From contig SHUG01000004.1 in the NCBI GenBank assembly GCA_009694735.1, positions 6,888 through 70,887 of the forward strand: DNA of 64,000 nt. The letters run 5' to 3'. Position numbers and translations under genes: made by a program. The stretch comes from Acidobacteriota bacterium. Its GTDB lineage: Bacteria; Acidobacteriota; Vicinamibacteria; Vicinamibacterales; UBA2999. Positions 24,657 through 34,016 of this stretch are shown here, one piece after another (position 1 is the first letter of the stretch; every line of letters starts with the position of its first letter). The notes beneath the pieces are model-generated. The model had not been told where the DNA came from. It was given only the letters and a program-made list of their open reading frames with translations, and ran no database searches.

Positions 24657-25658
24657 GTGACCCTGAAGCTGGTACTGGCGATTGCCCTCGCCTTGCAAGT
24701 CGTCGTGCCGGCGCCGCCGTCTGAGCGTCCGGAGTTCCCGGCGTTTCTCTCGCAGTTGAAGGAACAGGCGCTCGCCAAAGGCGTCAGCGCCGCAACGGTT
24801 GACGCTGCCCTGACCGGCCTCGAGCCGCTCGCGGTGGTCGTTGAGCGCGACCGCACCCAGGCTGAAACCGTCCTCACCATCGATCGGTACATCGCACGCC
24901 GCCTGACGCGCCGGTTCGCGCGGACCGCGCGCGAGCAGGCCGCCGCGCATCGCCGGCTGTTGACGCAGGTCAGCACGAAGTACGGACCGCCTTCGTCGCT
25001 GTTGGTCGCCGTCTGGGGCATGGAGTCGAACTTCGGCCGGTTCACCGGCACCAGGCCGACGGTGCAGGCTCTCGCCACGTTGGCGTGGGACGGCCGGCGT
25101 GGTGCGTTCTTCACAGCGGAGTTGATGGATGCGCTGCAGATTATCGACCAGGGTTACATCAACCTGGACGAGATGAAGGGCTCGTGGGCGGGGGCGATGG
25201 GACAAACGCAGTTCATGCCGTCGAGCTACCTGGCGCATGCGCAAGACTTCGATGGCGACGGCCGCCGAGACATCTGGAAAGGCCTGCCCGACGTGTTCGC
25301 GTCGATTGCCAACTACCTGAAGGCCTACGGATGGATCGAGGGGCAGTCGTGGGGGCGTGAGGTGAAGCTGCCTGCCAGTGGCGCGGCGCCGTTGATCGAG
25401 AAAGTAGGCCTGCGCCAGAGCGGATGCCGCGCCTCCAGGGAGCTGACCGTGCCGGCACCGTTGAAGCAGTGGCAGCAGATGGGTGTCCGCACCGTCACCG
25501 GAACGGCCCTGCCACGGGTCGATCGGTCGGCCTCGTTGCTGCGGGCGGGCAAGAAGAGCTACCTGGTCTACGCGAACTACGACGTGTTGCTCGGCTACAA
25601 CTGCGCCCACGCCTACGCGCTCGCCGTCGGCCTCCTGTCGGATCGCATTGGCGGCTGA
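24657..25658 (+). CDS. lytic murein transglycosylase (MltB family)
   Basis: WGMESNFG, GSWAGAMGQTQFMPSSY, DFDGDG, YN..HAYAL. Confidence 0.93.
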   Translation: MTLKLVLAIALALQVVVPAPPSERPEFPAFLSQLKEQALAKGVSAATVDAALTGLEPLAVVVERDRTQAETVLTIDRYIARRLTRRFARTAREQAAAHRRLLTQVSTKYGPPSSLLVAVWGMESNFGRFTGTRPTVQALATLAWDGRRGAFFTAELMDALQIIDQGYINLDEMKGSWAGAMGQTQFMPSSYLAHAQDFDGDGRRDIWKGLPDVFASIANYLKAYGWIEGQSWGREVKLPASGAAPLIEKVGLRQSGCRASRELTVPAPLKQWQQMGVRTVTGTALPRVDRSASLLRAGKKSYLVYANYDVLLGYNCAHAYALAVGLLSDRIGG

Positions 25659-25686
25659 CCTCCGCAATTAGATAGAATCAAAGGCT

Positions 25687-25863
25687 ATGGGTAACAAACC
25701 CTCCGTGGCCGTCGTGTCGGCGGTGCTGTCCGCTGCCGTTCTTTCGATGCTGGCGGCAGTGTATTTCGGAGGAAACGGTCAACTCCCGCTTGCCATGACC
25801 GGAACTGGACTTTTCGTCATTCTTGGAGGCGTGGGCTTCGAACTCGCGCGTCGTCGATCATGA
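25687..25863 (+). CDS. 58-aa two-helix membrane protein (not in the ORF track)
   Basis: MGNKPSVAVVSAVLSAAVLSMLAAVYFGGNGQLPLAMTGTGLFVILGGVGFELARRRS; ATGA overlap with the next gene; TAGAAT 8 nt upstream. Confidence 0.65.
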   Translation: MGNKPSVAVVSAVLSAAVLSMLAAVYFGGNGQLPLAMTGTGLFVILGGVGFELARRRS

Positions 25864-26285
25864 ACCGTGTGCTTTACTACGTCGCTCCTGTTGTTCTGAT
25901 TGCATTCACCGTCGCCTGTGGTGGCAGCGCTCCCGCGAGCGCGCCAGCCGCCGCACCCTCCCGGGCTGCGGCCGCGCCGGCGGCCGAGGCTCCGAAGCCG
26001 GTCGGAACGCTAACGCTGTTCGAGCCGATTGAAGGCGCCATGGGCGGCCACATCGACATGTTCCGCTGGTCGGCCGTCGAGGGCGCGGACGCCTATATCG
26101 TCCGAATCCAGGCCGTGCAGGATGGCCGCGTCGTATGGGAGAGCCCGGCGCTCACCACCACCGAAACGAAGTTGCCGGCCACCGTCTCTCTCGAGCCGGA
26201 ACCGCACACGTGGCAGGTGACGGCCCGCAAGGCCGGCCAGCCGCTGGTGACCTCGGCCATGCAGAAGTTCACCATCACGCCATAG
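25860..26285 (+). CDS. hypothetical lipoprotein with a small beta-sandwich domain
   Basis: TVAC lipobox, Ala/Pro linker, FRWSAVEGADAY FN3-like strand. Confidence 0.7.
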   Translation: MNRVLYYVAPVVLIAFTVACGGSAPASAPAAAPSRAAAAPAAEAPKPVGTLTLFEPIEGAMGGHIDMFRWSAVEGADAYIVRIQAVQDGRVVWESPALTTTETKLPATVSLEPEPHTWQVTARKAGQPLVTSAMQKFTITP

Positions 26286-26297
26286 GCCACCGAAAAG

Positions 26298-26331
26298 ACA
26301 GCCACAGATTAAACACAGATTAGACACCGAT
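26298..26331 (+). repeat. CACAGAT-type short tandem repeat
   Basis: acagccacagatt-aaacacagatt-agacaccgat. Confidence 0.75.
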
Positions 26332-26356
26332 CAAACAACAAGGACAGCGACGCGTC

Positions 26357-26878
26357 ATGACGAAAAATTTACTGAAGGGCCTCAACGAGCATCTCAAGCT
26401 CGAGTTTCGAGCGTCGCACGAGTACCTGGCGATGTCGATCTGGCTGTCGGAACACGACCTGCCGGGGTTTGCGACGTGGATGCGCAAGCAGTCGTCCGAC
26501 GAGCTGCTGCACGCGCAGCGGATCATCGATCACCTGGTGGAACGCGACCAGAAGGCGGTGCTGCCCGCGGTCGCCGCGCCGCCCATGACCTGGAAGTCGG
26601 CCGAGGCGCTGTGCGAACACGTGCTGAAGAACGAGCAGGACGTCACGGCGTCGATTAACGAGCTGTATGTGATCGCGGAGAAGGCGAAAGACCGCCCCGG
26701 CGTGGTGATGCTGCAGTGGTTCGTCACCGAGCAAATGGAAGAGGAAGCCGCGGCTCGGGCCGTGCTTGGACGCATCCGCCTGGCCGGTAATACCGGCGTC
26801 GGGCTGCTGATGATCGACCAGGAGTTGTCGGGCGGCACCGTCCCGGGCATGCCCGCCGCGCCTGACGCAGGTGCGTAA
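26357..26878 (+). CDS. ftnA: non-heme ferritin
   Basis: E..AS..Y, DELLHA, NE, LQWFVTEQMEEE ferroxidase pattern. Confidence 0.88.
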   Translation: MTKNLLKGLNEHLKLEFRASHEYLAMSIWLSEHDLPGFATWMRKQSSDELLHAQRIIDHLVERDQKAVLPAVAAPPMTWKSAEALCEHVLKNEQDVTASINELYVIAEKAKDRPGVVMLQWFVTEQMEEEAAARAVLGRIRLAGNTGVGLLMIDQELSGGTVPGMPAAPDAGA

Positions 26879-26927
26879 GTAGCATCCGGCTTTAGCCGGA
26901 TAAGGTCCGCCTGAAGGCGGACACCAC
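26879..26927. repeat. inverted REP pair
   Basis: gtagcatccggctttagccggat at 26879-26901 and gtccgcctgaaggcggacaccac at 26905-26927. Confidence 0.85.
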
Positions 26928-26934
26928 ATGGCAC

Positions 26935-27240
26935 ATGGCGGTTCAACGCTGGAATACCTCTGACGGCGCGCCCACCGAGGCCGCCCTTCGTGCCAAGCTC
27001 GAGGCGCTTGGCTACACCGTGGCGAAGTACATCTACGAACCCGGCACGGTGTTTCCCGATCACAAGCACGACCTCGACAAGATCGACGCCGTCGTTTCCG
27101 GGCGTGTTCGATTGGTCGTGCGCGGCCACATGAAGATGCTGACCGCGGGTGACTGGATCGAGATCCCGCGTGACACGGTGCATAACGCAGCCGTTATCGG
27201 CGACGAACCCGTCGTCAGTCTGGATGCAGTGAAACTGTGA
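26935..27240 (+). CDS. cupin domain protein
   Basis: FPDHKH...G..IEIP....HNA. Confidence 0.88.
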   Translation: MAVQRWNTSDGAPTEAALRAKLEALGYTVAKYIYEPGTVFPDHKHDLDKIDAVVSGRVRLVVRGHMKMLTAGDWIEIPRDTVHNAAVIGDEPVVSLDAVKL

Positions 27241-28154
27241 AGATCGCCATTTTCGGATCGGGCGGCGTCGGTGGTTACTTTGGCGGCCGGCTTGCCGCTG
27301 CCGGCGAAGACGTCACGTTCATTGCGCGGGGCGCTCACCTCGCGGCGCTGCAGGAGGGTGGCCTCCACCTTGAGAGCCCGAACGGCGCGTTGCACCTGCC
27401 GACGGTGCAGGCGACGGCTCGTCCCGAGGACGTGGGACCGGTGGACGTAGTGTTGTTCAGCGTGAAGCTCTACGACGTTGACGCGGCCGCGGCCACCCTC
27501 AAGCCCATGATTGGGCCGAACACCGTGGTCATCACGCTGCAGAACGGCGTCGAGGCGGTCGACATGGTGGCGAAGCACGTTGGCGCCGACCACGTCGCCG
27601 GTGGCGTGGCGTACATTGTGATCGTCATCGACCAACCTGGCCACCTTCGTCACACCACCGCGCAGCAACTGGTGTTCGGCGAGCGCGACGGTTCGCGGTC
27701 GGCACGGCTCGTGGCGTTCGAAGAAGCCGGCATTCGTGCCGGGTTCCAGGCCAAGGCCAGCACCACCGTTGAGGCCGACCTCTGGACCAAGTTCGTGCGC
27801 CTGTCGACGTGGAGCGGCATGACCACGATCACGCGATCGCCGATGGGCGTCGTGCGCGACAACGAGGAGTTGTTCGCGATCATGATGGCCGCGATTGACG
27901 AGACCATCGCCGTCGGCCGCGTCCGCGGCATCGTCTTTCCACCCACGCTGATGGACGACACGCTCGCGCTGATCCGCAACTTCCCGGCGAGTTCGAAGTC
28001 GTCGATGCTCGAAGACCTCGAGCGCGGCCGCCGGCTCGAGTTGCCGTGGCTGAGCGGTGCCGTCGTGCGCCTTGGCAAGGAAGTGGGCGTGCCGACGCCG
28101 ACGCACCAGTTCATCTCGGCCGTGTTGCAACCGTTCGTGAACGGCGCGCGCTAG
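27237..28154 (+). CDS. panE: 2-dehydropantoate 2-reductase
   Basis: GSGGVGG, VKLYD, LQNG, WTKF, SSMLEDL..G..LE. Confidence 0.9.
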   Translation: MKIAIFGSGGVGGYFGGRLAAAGEDVTFIARGAHLAALQEGGLHLESPNGALHLPTVQATARPEDVGPVDVVLFSVKLYDVDAAAATLKPMIGPNTVVITLQNGVEAVDMVAKHVGADHVAGGVAYIVIVIDQPGHLRHTTAQQLVFGERDGSRSARLVAFEEAGIRAGFQAKASTTVEADLWTKFVRLSTWSGMTTITRSPMGVVRDNEELFAIMMAAIDETIAVGRVRGIVFPPTLMDDTLALIRNFPASSKSSMLEDLERGRRLELPWLSGAVVRLGKEVGVPTPTHQFISAVLQPFVNGAR

Positions 28155-28163
28155 GCACGGTGC

Positions 28164-29163
28164 CTACCACCGAACGAGCAGGTCAAGTCCGACCACGCGA
28201 CCGAGCAGAATGCCACTCGGTACCAGATACGTCCCGGCGGTGTTGGCGTAGTTGCCGCTCTGATAGTTGAAGATCTTGTCCGAGTTGAACAGAGCAGCAG
28301 CCGGTTGCTCAGGACCGACGAATACTTGAGGTTGCCGGTTGAGTAGTTCGGCGACGTCCACCTGGTCGACGCGGTCTCCGGGTCCACCTGCGACACCATG
28401 TCGTGGCTGCGCGTCTTGTTGGTCATTTCAAAATAGCCGGTGATCTTGTCCCGCGAGGTCGCCTGATACGGGAGCCGCGGCATGGGCTGTTGGATCGCCT
28501 GGGCATCGGCACCCTGGCTAGCGAGCCAAAATACTGCATGCCCATGGCCTTGAGGCGCGGGGTGAAGTTATCGCCCAGCCATTGGCCGCGGCGGTCGTTC
28601 ATCCTGAAGTTGCCGCTCGCCCGGTTGCCACTTTCACGTGGAATCATGTTGACCGTGACGCCGCCGCCGGAGCGGTCGGCGGTGCTGCCACTGGTTTGGC
28701 AGGTGACCTCCTGGTTCAGGTCCGGGTTGAAGTAGGCCTGCACCGAGCCGTTGGCCTCCAGTCCACTGACGCTCATGCCGTCGACCAGTACGACGTTCTG
28801 GGCCGCGGTCATGCCGCGCACCGACATATAGGTTTGGGTCGCGCCCCCCGAGCCGCCGACGGTGCCCGCATTCTGGCCGGCGGCGTTGAACATGTTGATG
28901 GCGGGAATGAGATCCGCCATTTCCCAGATGTTCTGTCCCGTCGGGACGGTATCGAGGATGTCGCGATCCAGGCGAGTGATCCGCACCGCGTTCCGCACGT
29001 CCACGACCGGCGGCGCGTCGGTGATCGTCACCGTCTCTTGCCGGTTGCCGACCTTCATCTCCGCATTCACGGTGGCCGTGAATGCGGCCGGCAGTGCCAC
29101 GCGCTCCTGTCTGAAGGTCGAGAAGCCAGACAGCGAGAAGGTCACGGTGTAGACACCCGGACG
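28164..29163 (-). pseudogene. fragmented Oar-like TonB-dependent receptor
   Basis: Three pieces in different frames: RPGVYTVTFSLSGF...ETVTIT...plug; internal barrel strands; C-terminal LFNSD...LLVRW. N-terminus missing. Confidence 0.8.
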
Positions 29164-29194
29164 AGAGGGTCAAGCGACGCGCCATCCGAAGCGG

Positions 29195-29390
29195 GGATGC
29201 ATTGACAATTGCCGATCGACCGGTTGCCGATTGTTGAGCGATTGGGGTCAATTCCGAATTCGGCAACGCCCCAAAATCACCGGGCGCAAATCGCGCAATC
29301 GGCGATCCTCCAATCGAGTCCCCAAATCCCGACATCGTCAATCACGAAACAGTCGCTCGATCGGTCGATTGACGATCGTCAATGCAATCC
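29195..29390. repeat. ~195-bp imperfect inverted-repeat element rich in ATTG/CAATC
   Basis: ggatgcattgacaattgccgatcgaccg at 29195-29222 versus cggtcgattgacgatcgtcaatgcaatcc at 29362-29390. Confidence 0.7.
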
Positions 29391-29419
29391 ATTTCCCCGC
29401 CCGCCAATGCTCGCGGCCG

Positions 29420-30301
29420 CTATTTGCCGAGTTCAGCGTAGATCTTAGGCACGTTGTCCTTCGCGCCGTTCATTTGGTACTGCGCGAACTTCTCCGGCAG
29501 CTTCAATTCGGCCAGCGCCTGCTCGGCGGTCTTGCCGGCCTTGATCGATGCCTGTACTGCCGCCAGGAACGCGCGATTGAACTCGCCGTACTCCAGGAAG
29601 TCGGCCCACGTCATCACCGTGCTGTGTCCGGGGATCACCGTGTCGACGTTCTTGATGCCGGCCGCGGCTTTGGCCAGCGTCTCGCCAATCTGTACGCCGC
29701 TCCCGCCGTTGTTCATGTCGAGCAGGGGCGTGCCCTTCCGCGCGAAGATGTCGCCTGCGTGCATCGTGCGCAACTCGCGGAACACCACGAAGGCGTCGCC
29801 GTTGGTGTGGCCCGAGCCGAAGTAGTAGAGATCAATTGCTGCTTTACCCCTCAGCACGGTCATCCGGTCGGTGAACGTGCGGTCGGGCAGGCCGTGCTTG
29901 GTCTCGGGCGTGGCGAAGTTCTTCATCTTCGCCATGTTGGCGCTGGTGTTAGCCTGCGCCACTACCTCGACACTCGACGCGAAGAACTCGTTACTGCCGA
30001 CGTGATCGCCGTGTGTGTGGGTGTTGATGATGTGCGTGATCGGCTTGTCGCTGACCGTACGCACCTTGTCGAGAATGGCCTGGCCCCAGTTGGAGAGCTT
30101 GGTATCGACGAGCACCACGCCGTTCGCCGTGATGTAGGCCGCGGTGTTGCCCCCGCCGCCCGTGATCATGAACAGGTTGTCTTTCACCTTCTCGATCTGA
30201 GCCACGTTCGGCCCCGCTGGCGCCGGCTGTTGCGCTGCGGTCACGGTCATGACCGCCAATCCCACGCCGGCGATTACCGCCAGCACTCGTGCTCGTCTCA
30301 T
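29420..30301 (-). CDS. exported MBL-fold metallo-hydrolase
   Basis: THTHGDHVG, GHTNGD, AGD, PGH; true ATG at 30301 (TGATG coupling); the track ORF is over-extended. Confidence 0.9.
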   Translation of the reverse strand: MRRARVLAVIAGVGLAVMTVTAAQQPAPAGPNVAQIEKVKDNLFMITGGGGNTAAYITANGVVLVDTKLSNWGQAILDKVRTVSDKPITHIINTHTHGDHVGSNEFFASSVEVVAQANTSANMAKMKNFATPETKHGLPDRTFTDRMTVLRGKAAIDLYYFGSGHTNGDAFVVFRELRTMHAGDIFARKGTPLLDMNNGGSGVQIGETLAKAAAGIKNVDTVIPGHSTVMTWADFLEYGEFNRAFLAAVQASIKAGKTAEQALAELKLPEKFAQYQMNGAKDNVPKIYAELGK

Positions 30302-31401
30302 CACGCCCCTCCAGTCAGGAAAACCCGTTCCACAAACCAATACAGCCCGGCCAGGATAACCGCAACCGATCCGGCCATGGTCACCCAATGGGCCGCCGCC
30401 GCGCTCTGCCGCCGCACCAGCAGCAGCGCGGTCGCGACCACGCCTACGATCAACAGTTGGCCAAACTCCACGCCCAGGTTGAACGCGAATAGCGACCAGC
30501 CCAGCGCCGCTTGCGGCAGGCCGAACTCCTTTAGCACGTAGGCGAAACCGAAGCCGTGAATCAGGCCAAACCCGGCCGCCAGCCACGCGCGAATGTCGGT
30601 GGCTTCGCGTGCCCGGCTGTCGGCACCTCTCAGCACCAGGATGTTGTCCGCGCCCACCACGACGATGGTCAGCGCGATCAAGGGTTCGATGAACCGGGAG
30701 GACGGTGACAGGATGTCGAGCGCCGCGAGCGAGAGCGTGATGCTGTGGCCGATGGTAAACGATGTCACGATCAGCGCGAGTCGCCTGAGCGATCCACCGA
30801 GTAGCAGCAGGCCGACGAGGAAGAGGATGTGATCGGGCCCGATCAAGATGTGTTCGATGCCTGACATCACGAATGTCCGGATCACCGACATGCGACCCTG
30901 CGCCGTGCCCGAGTAGTAGTCCGCCGTCTGCCGCGTGGCGGCCAGGATGGCCTGGTGTTTCAGCGCGGTCTCTTCGTAGATGTTGACGAAGGTCTGGTGG
31001 ATGGGGTCGTATGGGAAAACGAACGCGCGGATGCGGACCCCTGCCGGCCGCCCGCCATTGACCGTGAACGACAGGCGCAGGCTCTGGCGGTCGGGAACGA
31101 CATCGAGTGCCCCCCACGTCACCGTAACGGGCCGGCCGTCAAATGTCAGGCCCAAGCGTGGAGTGAGCAGCGCGACGAGAGCTTCCCGATAGCGGTTGGC
31201 GACCGTGGGATCGAGCAGCGAGTCGGCGGACGCCACGGCGAGGTCGTGCGCCGCATCGAGGTCGTGTACGACGAGCGTGCCGGAGACACCATCACCATCC
31301 AGGTGAAGGTCGAGGTAGCTGAAGGGTGCCGGATGGGCGAAGGCTTCCCGCGCCACCAGCAGGCACAGCACCAGCACCATCCCGCGAATCGCAATTCTCA
31401 T
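30301..31401 (-). CDS. HupE/UreJ family membrane protein with an extracytoplasmic N-domain
   Basis: AFA-HP signal, GIEHILIGPDHILFL, FTIGHSITL, FGLIHGFGFA, FNLGVE. Confidence 0.9.
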   Translation of the reverse strand: MRIAIRGMVLVLCLLVAREAFAHPAPFSYLDLHLDGDGVSGTLVVHDLDAAHDLAVASADSLLDPTVANRYREALVALLTPRLGLTFDGRPVTVTWGALDVVPDRQSLRLSFTVNGGRPAGVRIRAFVFPYDPIHQTFVNIYEETALKHQAILAATRQTADYYSGTAQGRMSVIRTFVMSGIEHILIGPDHILFLVGLLLLGGSLRRLALIVTSFTIGHSITLSLAALDILSPSSRFIEPLIALTIVVVGADNILVLRGADSRAREATDIRAWLAAGFGLIHGFGFAYVLKEFGLPQAALGWSLFAFNLGVEFGQLLIVGVVATALLLVRRQSAAAAHWVTMAGSVAVILAGLYWFVERVFLTGGA

Positions 31402-32006
31402 GCTCGCCTTAGGACGAAGCGAGAGGCCGCCCAGATCCAGGACAGGCAGACCACGGCGGTCAGAATGACGTCGCTCGGCCAGTGGGCGCCGAGGGCGACC
31501 CGCGCCAGTCCGCCGAGCGCCAGCATCACCGACGCGGCCACCAGCACGCCGATGGCGAGCGGGGTCTTGCGCACACGCGCGGCGACCACCGACAGCAGGC
31601 CGAAGGTCACCGAAAAGAAGGTGATGGTCGTCGAGGGAAAAGAGAAGCCGGACGGCGTGCCGACCACGGCGATCAGCTCACGCGATGGGCGCGGCCGTCC
31701 GAACCAGGCCTTGGTCGACTCGGCGCCGTACTGCTCTAGCGCGATGAACACTACCGCGAGCAGAAGCCCGCGAACGCCGGCCAGCGCCCACGCCAGGATC
31801 GCCGCGATCCCCATCACGTAGTATTTGGCGGGCGCCGGGGCCAGGCGGCTGATCGGTGTCGCCCACCAGCCGTGGTTGGGCGCTGCTGACTGCACCACCC
31901 GCGCAGCCGCGATGTCGCCGGCAAAGTACGGCGCCATCGCCACCCCGGCACCCACCAGGGCGGTGACGAGTCCGGCCAGGAGGAACGGCTTGACGGCACC
32001 CGACAT
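31398..32006 (-). CDS. PAP2 family phosphatase
   Basis: K...GRPRP, SFPS, RVALGAHWPSDV. Confidence 0.85.
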   Translation of the reverse strand: MSGAVKPFLLAGLVTALVGAGVAMAPYFAGDIAAARVVQSAAPNHGWWATPISRLAPAPAKYYVMGIAAILAWALAGVRGLLLAVVFIALEQYGAESTKAWFGRPRPSRELIAVVGTPSGFSFPSTTITFFSVTFGLLSVVAARVRKTPLAIGVLVAASVMLALGGLARVALGAHWPSDVILTAVVCLSWIWAASRFVLRRA

Positions 32007-32069
32007 CGGGACAACTGTAACGCATGCGAGTTCGGTTCGCAGGCGCCCTCGGGCGTTACACTGGTGACC

Positions 32070-32615
32070 ATGAAAGCGGCTGAGTTGAGACGATGGTCAT
32101 TCGTTCCGGTCGGCCGGGTTCCGCCGCTTTGGTGGTTGGCCTTGGCCATTGCGCTGGTCGGAGGCGACTACCTCACGGGACCGTACTTCCAGTTCCCCGC
32201 TATCTACGTGGTTCCCGTGACTGCCGCCGCCTGGTTCTCGGGCGCGCCGGTCGGCCTGGCGCTGGCGGTGGTGCTGCCACTGATCCGCCTGGCATTCATG
32301 CTCACGCTGTGGGGAGAACCCTGGGACGCCACGACCATTATTGCCACCGCCGTCACTCGCGTGGGCGTGTTCGCGTTCATGGCGGTGATGGCGGCGCGCC
32401 TGGCCGACCACGAGTGCTCGCTGGCGCGCGAAGTCAAGGTGCGGGCCTCGCTGTTGCCGGTGTGCACGTATTGCCGGCAGATTCGGGATGCCGACGACCA
32501 GTGGACCACGCTCGAGGCGTACGCCGCGCAGGCAAAGAACACGTTTTCGACGGGCATTTGCCCGGACTGCAGCCGCACGCACTTTCCCGAGCACGCACCG
32601 CGGTGGACGGCGTGA
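32070..32615 (+). CDS. membrane protein with a C-terminal CxxC...CxxC domain
   Basis: About 4 hydrophobic segments, then LLPVCTYCRQIRD...FSTGICPDC. Confidence 0.75.
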   Translation: MKAAELRRWSFVPVGRVPPLWWLALAIALVGGDYLTGPYFQFPAIYVVPVTAAAWFSGAPVGLALAVVLPLIRLAFMLTLWGEPWDATTIIATAVTRVGVFAFMAVMAARLADHECSLAREVKVRASLLPVCTYCRQIRDADDQWTTLEAYAAQAKNTFSTGICPDCSRTHFPEHAPRWTA

Positions 32616-32630
32616 TGGCGCGCATCCATC

Positions 32631-33902
32631 CTATTGGACGGCGAACGGCCGCTCGGTAAACAAGCGCCCGATCGCTGCCGGCCCGCCGGTCGCGATTGCG
32701 CTCATCACGGCCTCGCGGCCCAGCACATACGCCGACACGCGGGCCTGTTGCCGTTCGGCGAATGCCAGCAGTGCGTCGGGATCCGGCGTCAGCGCGTCGA
32801 CGCGAAGCCGCTCGGCGGCGGCTGCCTGCGTGAGCCGGTCATCGAGGTAGTCGCGCAGGATGGCCACCGCCACCGGTTGCAGCCCGACGACGAGGTCGTC
32901 GAGGCGCGCGATGGTGACGGCCGCTTGCGAGGGCAGGCCCGCCAGCGGCAACAGAATGTCGCGATAGATGGCGACTCGCGCCGCAAAGGGCAGCGCCAGA
33001 TCGGCGGCCGCCTCCGCCGCGCCCTCGGTGAACAGCAAGTGCCGGCCAAACGCCGGGGTCAGCTCGAACTCAGGCCATCGTCGACGGCGTACCAAGGTCT
33101 CGTCCATCAGCAGGAATTGCAGGTGATGCCCGGGGTAGCCCTCGTGGCAGGCCAGCCGCAGCGCGCGCGATACGTCGAGGGCGGCGTGCTCGTTGATGCT
33201 GATTCGCGTGCGGTGAGCGCCAAGGTACTGGGCATAACCATCCCACTCGAGGCCCGCGGCCAGCATCAGCTCGATCGATTCGTCCGGCGGCAGGTCGTAG
33301 GATTGGCGCGTGGCCGTTCGACAGGCATTCAGGGCGGCGCGCATTAACGCTTCAGCCTTCGCGGGGCTCACCGCGTAGCGCCTCTTGAAGTCGGCGTAGC
33401 GCGATGCCAGCGGCGCAGAGCCCGGTAGCTCGCGTGCCACGGCCGCCAGGATGGCCCGCGTGTGGTCGTCGGCAGGCACGGTGGGCACCCGCCCGAAGGT
33501 CCGCATCACCTCCTCGTCGAAACCGCCCGAGCGCCCCAGCAGGCGCTGCGCGTACCATTCGAGCGCTGCGAGTTGGGCGGCGAGGTAAGCGTGCCGATCC
33601 GCCGTCGCCGGATCGGAACTGGCACCGAGGTCGTGCTGTAACGATTCGATGCGCCGCAGCAGTGGCGCGACCGGCACGCGCGGACCCGGCCGCCACGTCG
33701 TCTCGCCCCGCCAGCCTTCAACCAGGGACGGATCGTGCTGGGCCAACTGCAAGGTGACCCGGACGTAGCCCTCCGCGACGGCATCAATTGAGGTCGGTAT
33801 CGGCCCGGTCGTGCATCCAGCCAGGAACACCGCGACCCACGGATGCGCGAACCGCAGCCACCTTCGCGACGGCGTGGCGTCGGCGGACAGGTCGAATCGC
33901 AT
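32631..33902 (-). CDS. DUF885-like lipoprotein, putative metallopeptidase
   Basis: FLAGC lipobox, HEGYPGHH, EG.A; start uncertain (33902-33917). Confidence 0.7.
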   Translation of the reverse strand: MRFDLSADATPSRRWLRFAHPWVAVFLAGCTTGPIPTSIDAVAEGYVRVTLQLAQHDPSLVEGWRGETTWRPGPRVPVAPLLRRIESLQHDLGASSDPATADRHAYLAAQLAALEWYAQRLLGRSGGFDEEVMRTFGRVPTVPADDHTRAILAAVARELPGSAPLASRYADFKRRYAVSPAKAEALMRAALNACRTATRQSYDLPPDESIELMLAAGLEWDGYAQYLGAHRTRISINEHAALDVSRALRLACHEGYPGHHLQFLLMDETLVRRRRWPEFELTPAFGRHLLFTEGAAEAAADLALPFAARVAIYRDILLPLAGLPSQAAVTIARLDDLVVGLQPVAVAILRDYLDDRLTQAAAAERLRVDALTPDPDALLAFAERQQARVSAYVLGREAVMSAIATGGPAAIGRLFTERPFAVQ

Positions 33903-34016
33903 GCCGCCCATTGTCATTTGTTGTCCAAGGATATTGACATCCGGCCCCCGGTGAGGCTGAATACTTCATCTCATCACAAAGCGGCGCCCGCTGCCGGGCG
34001 CCCAGCAGGAGGATCC

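Noticed and set aside
30302-31117. 565-aa version of the MBL protein in the ORF track
   Set aside because: The extension overlaps HupE in another frame; the signal peptide begins at ATG 30301
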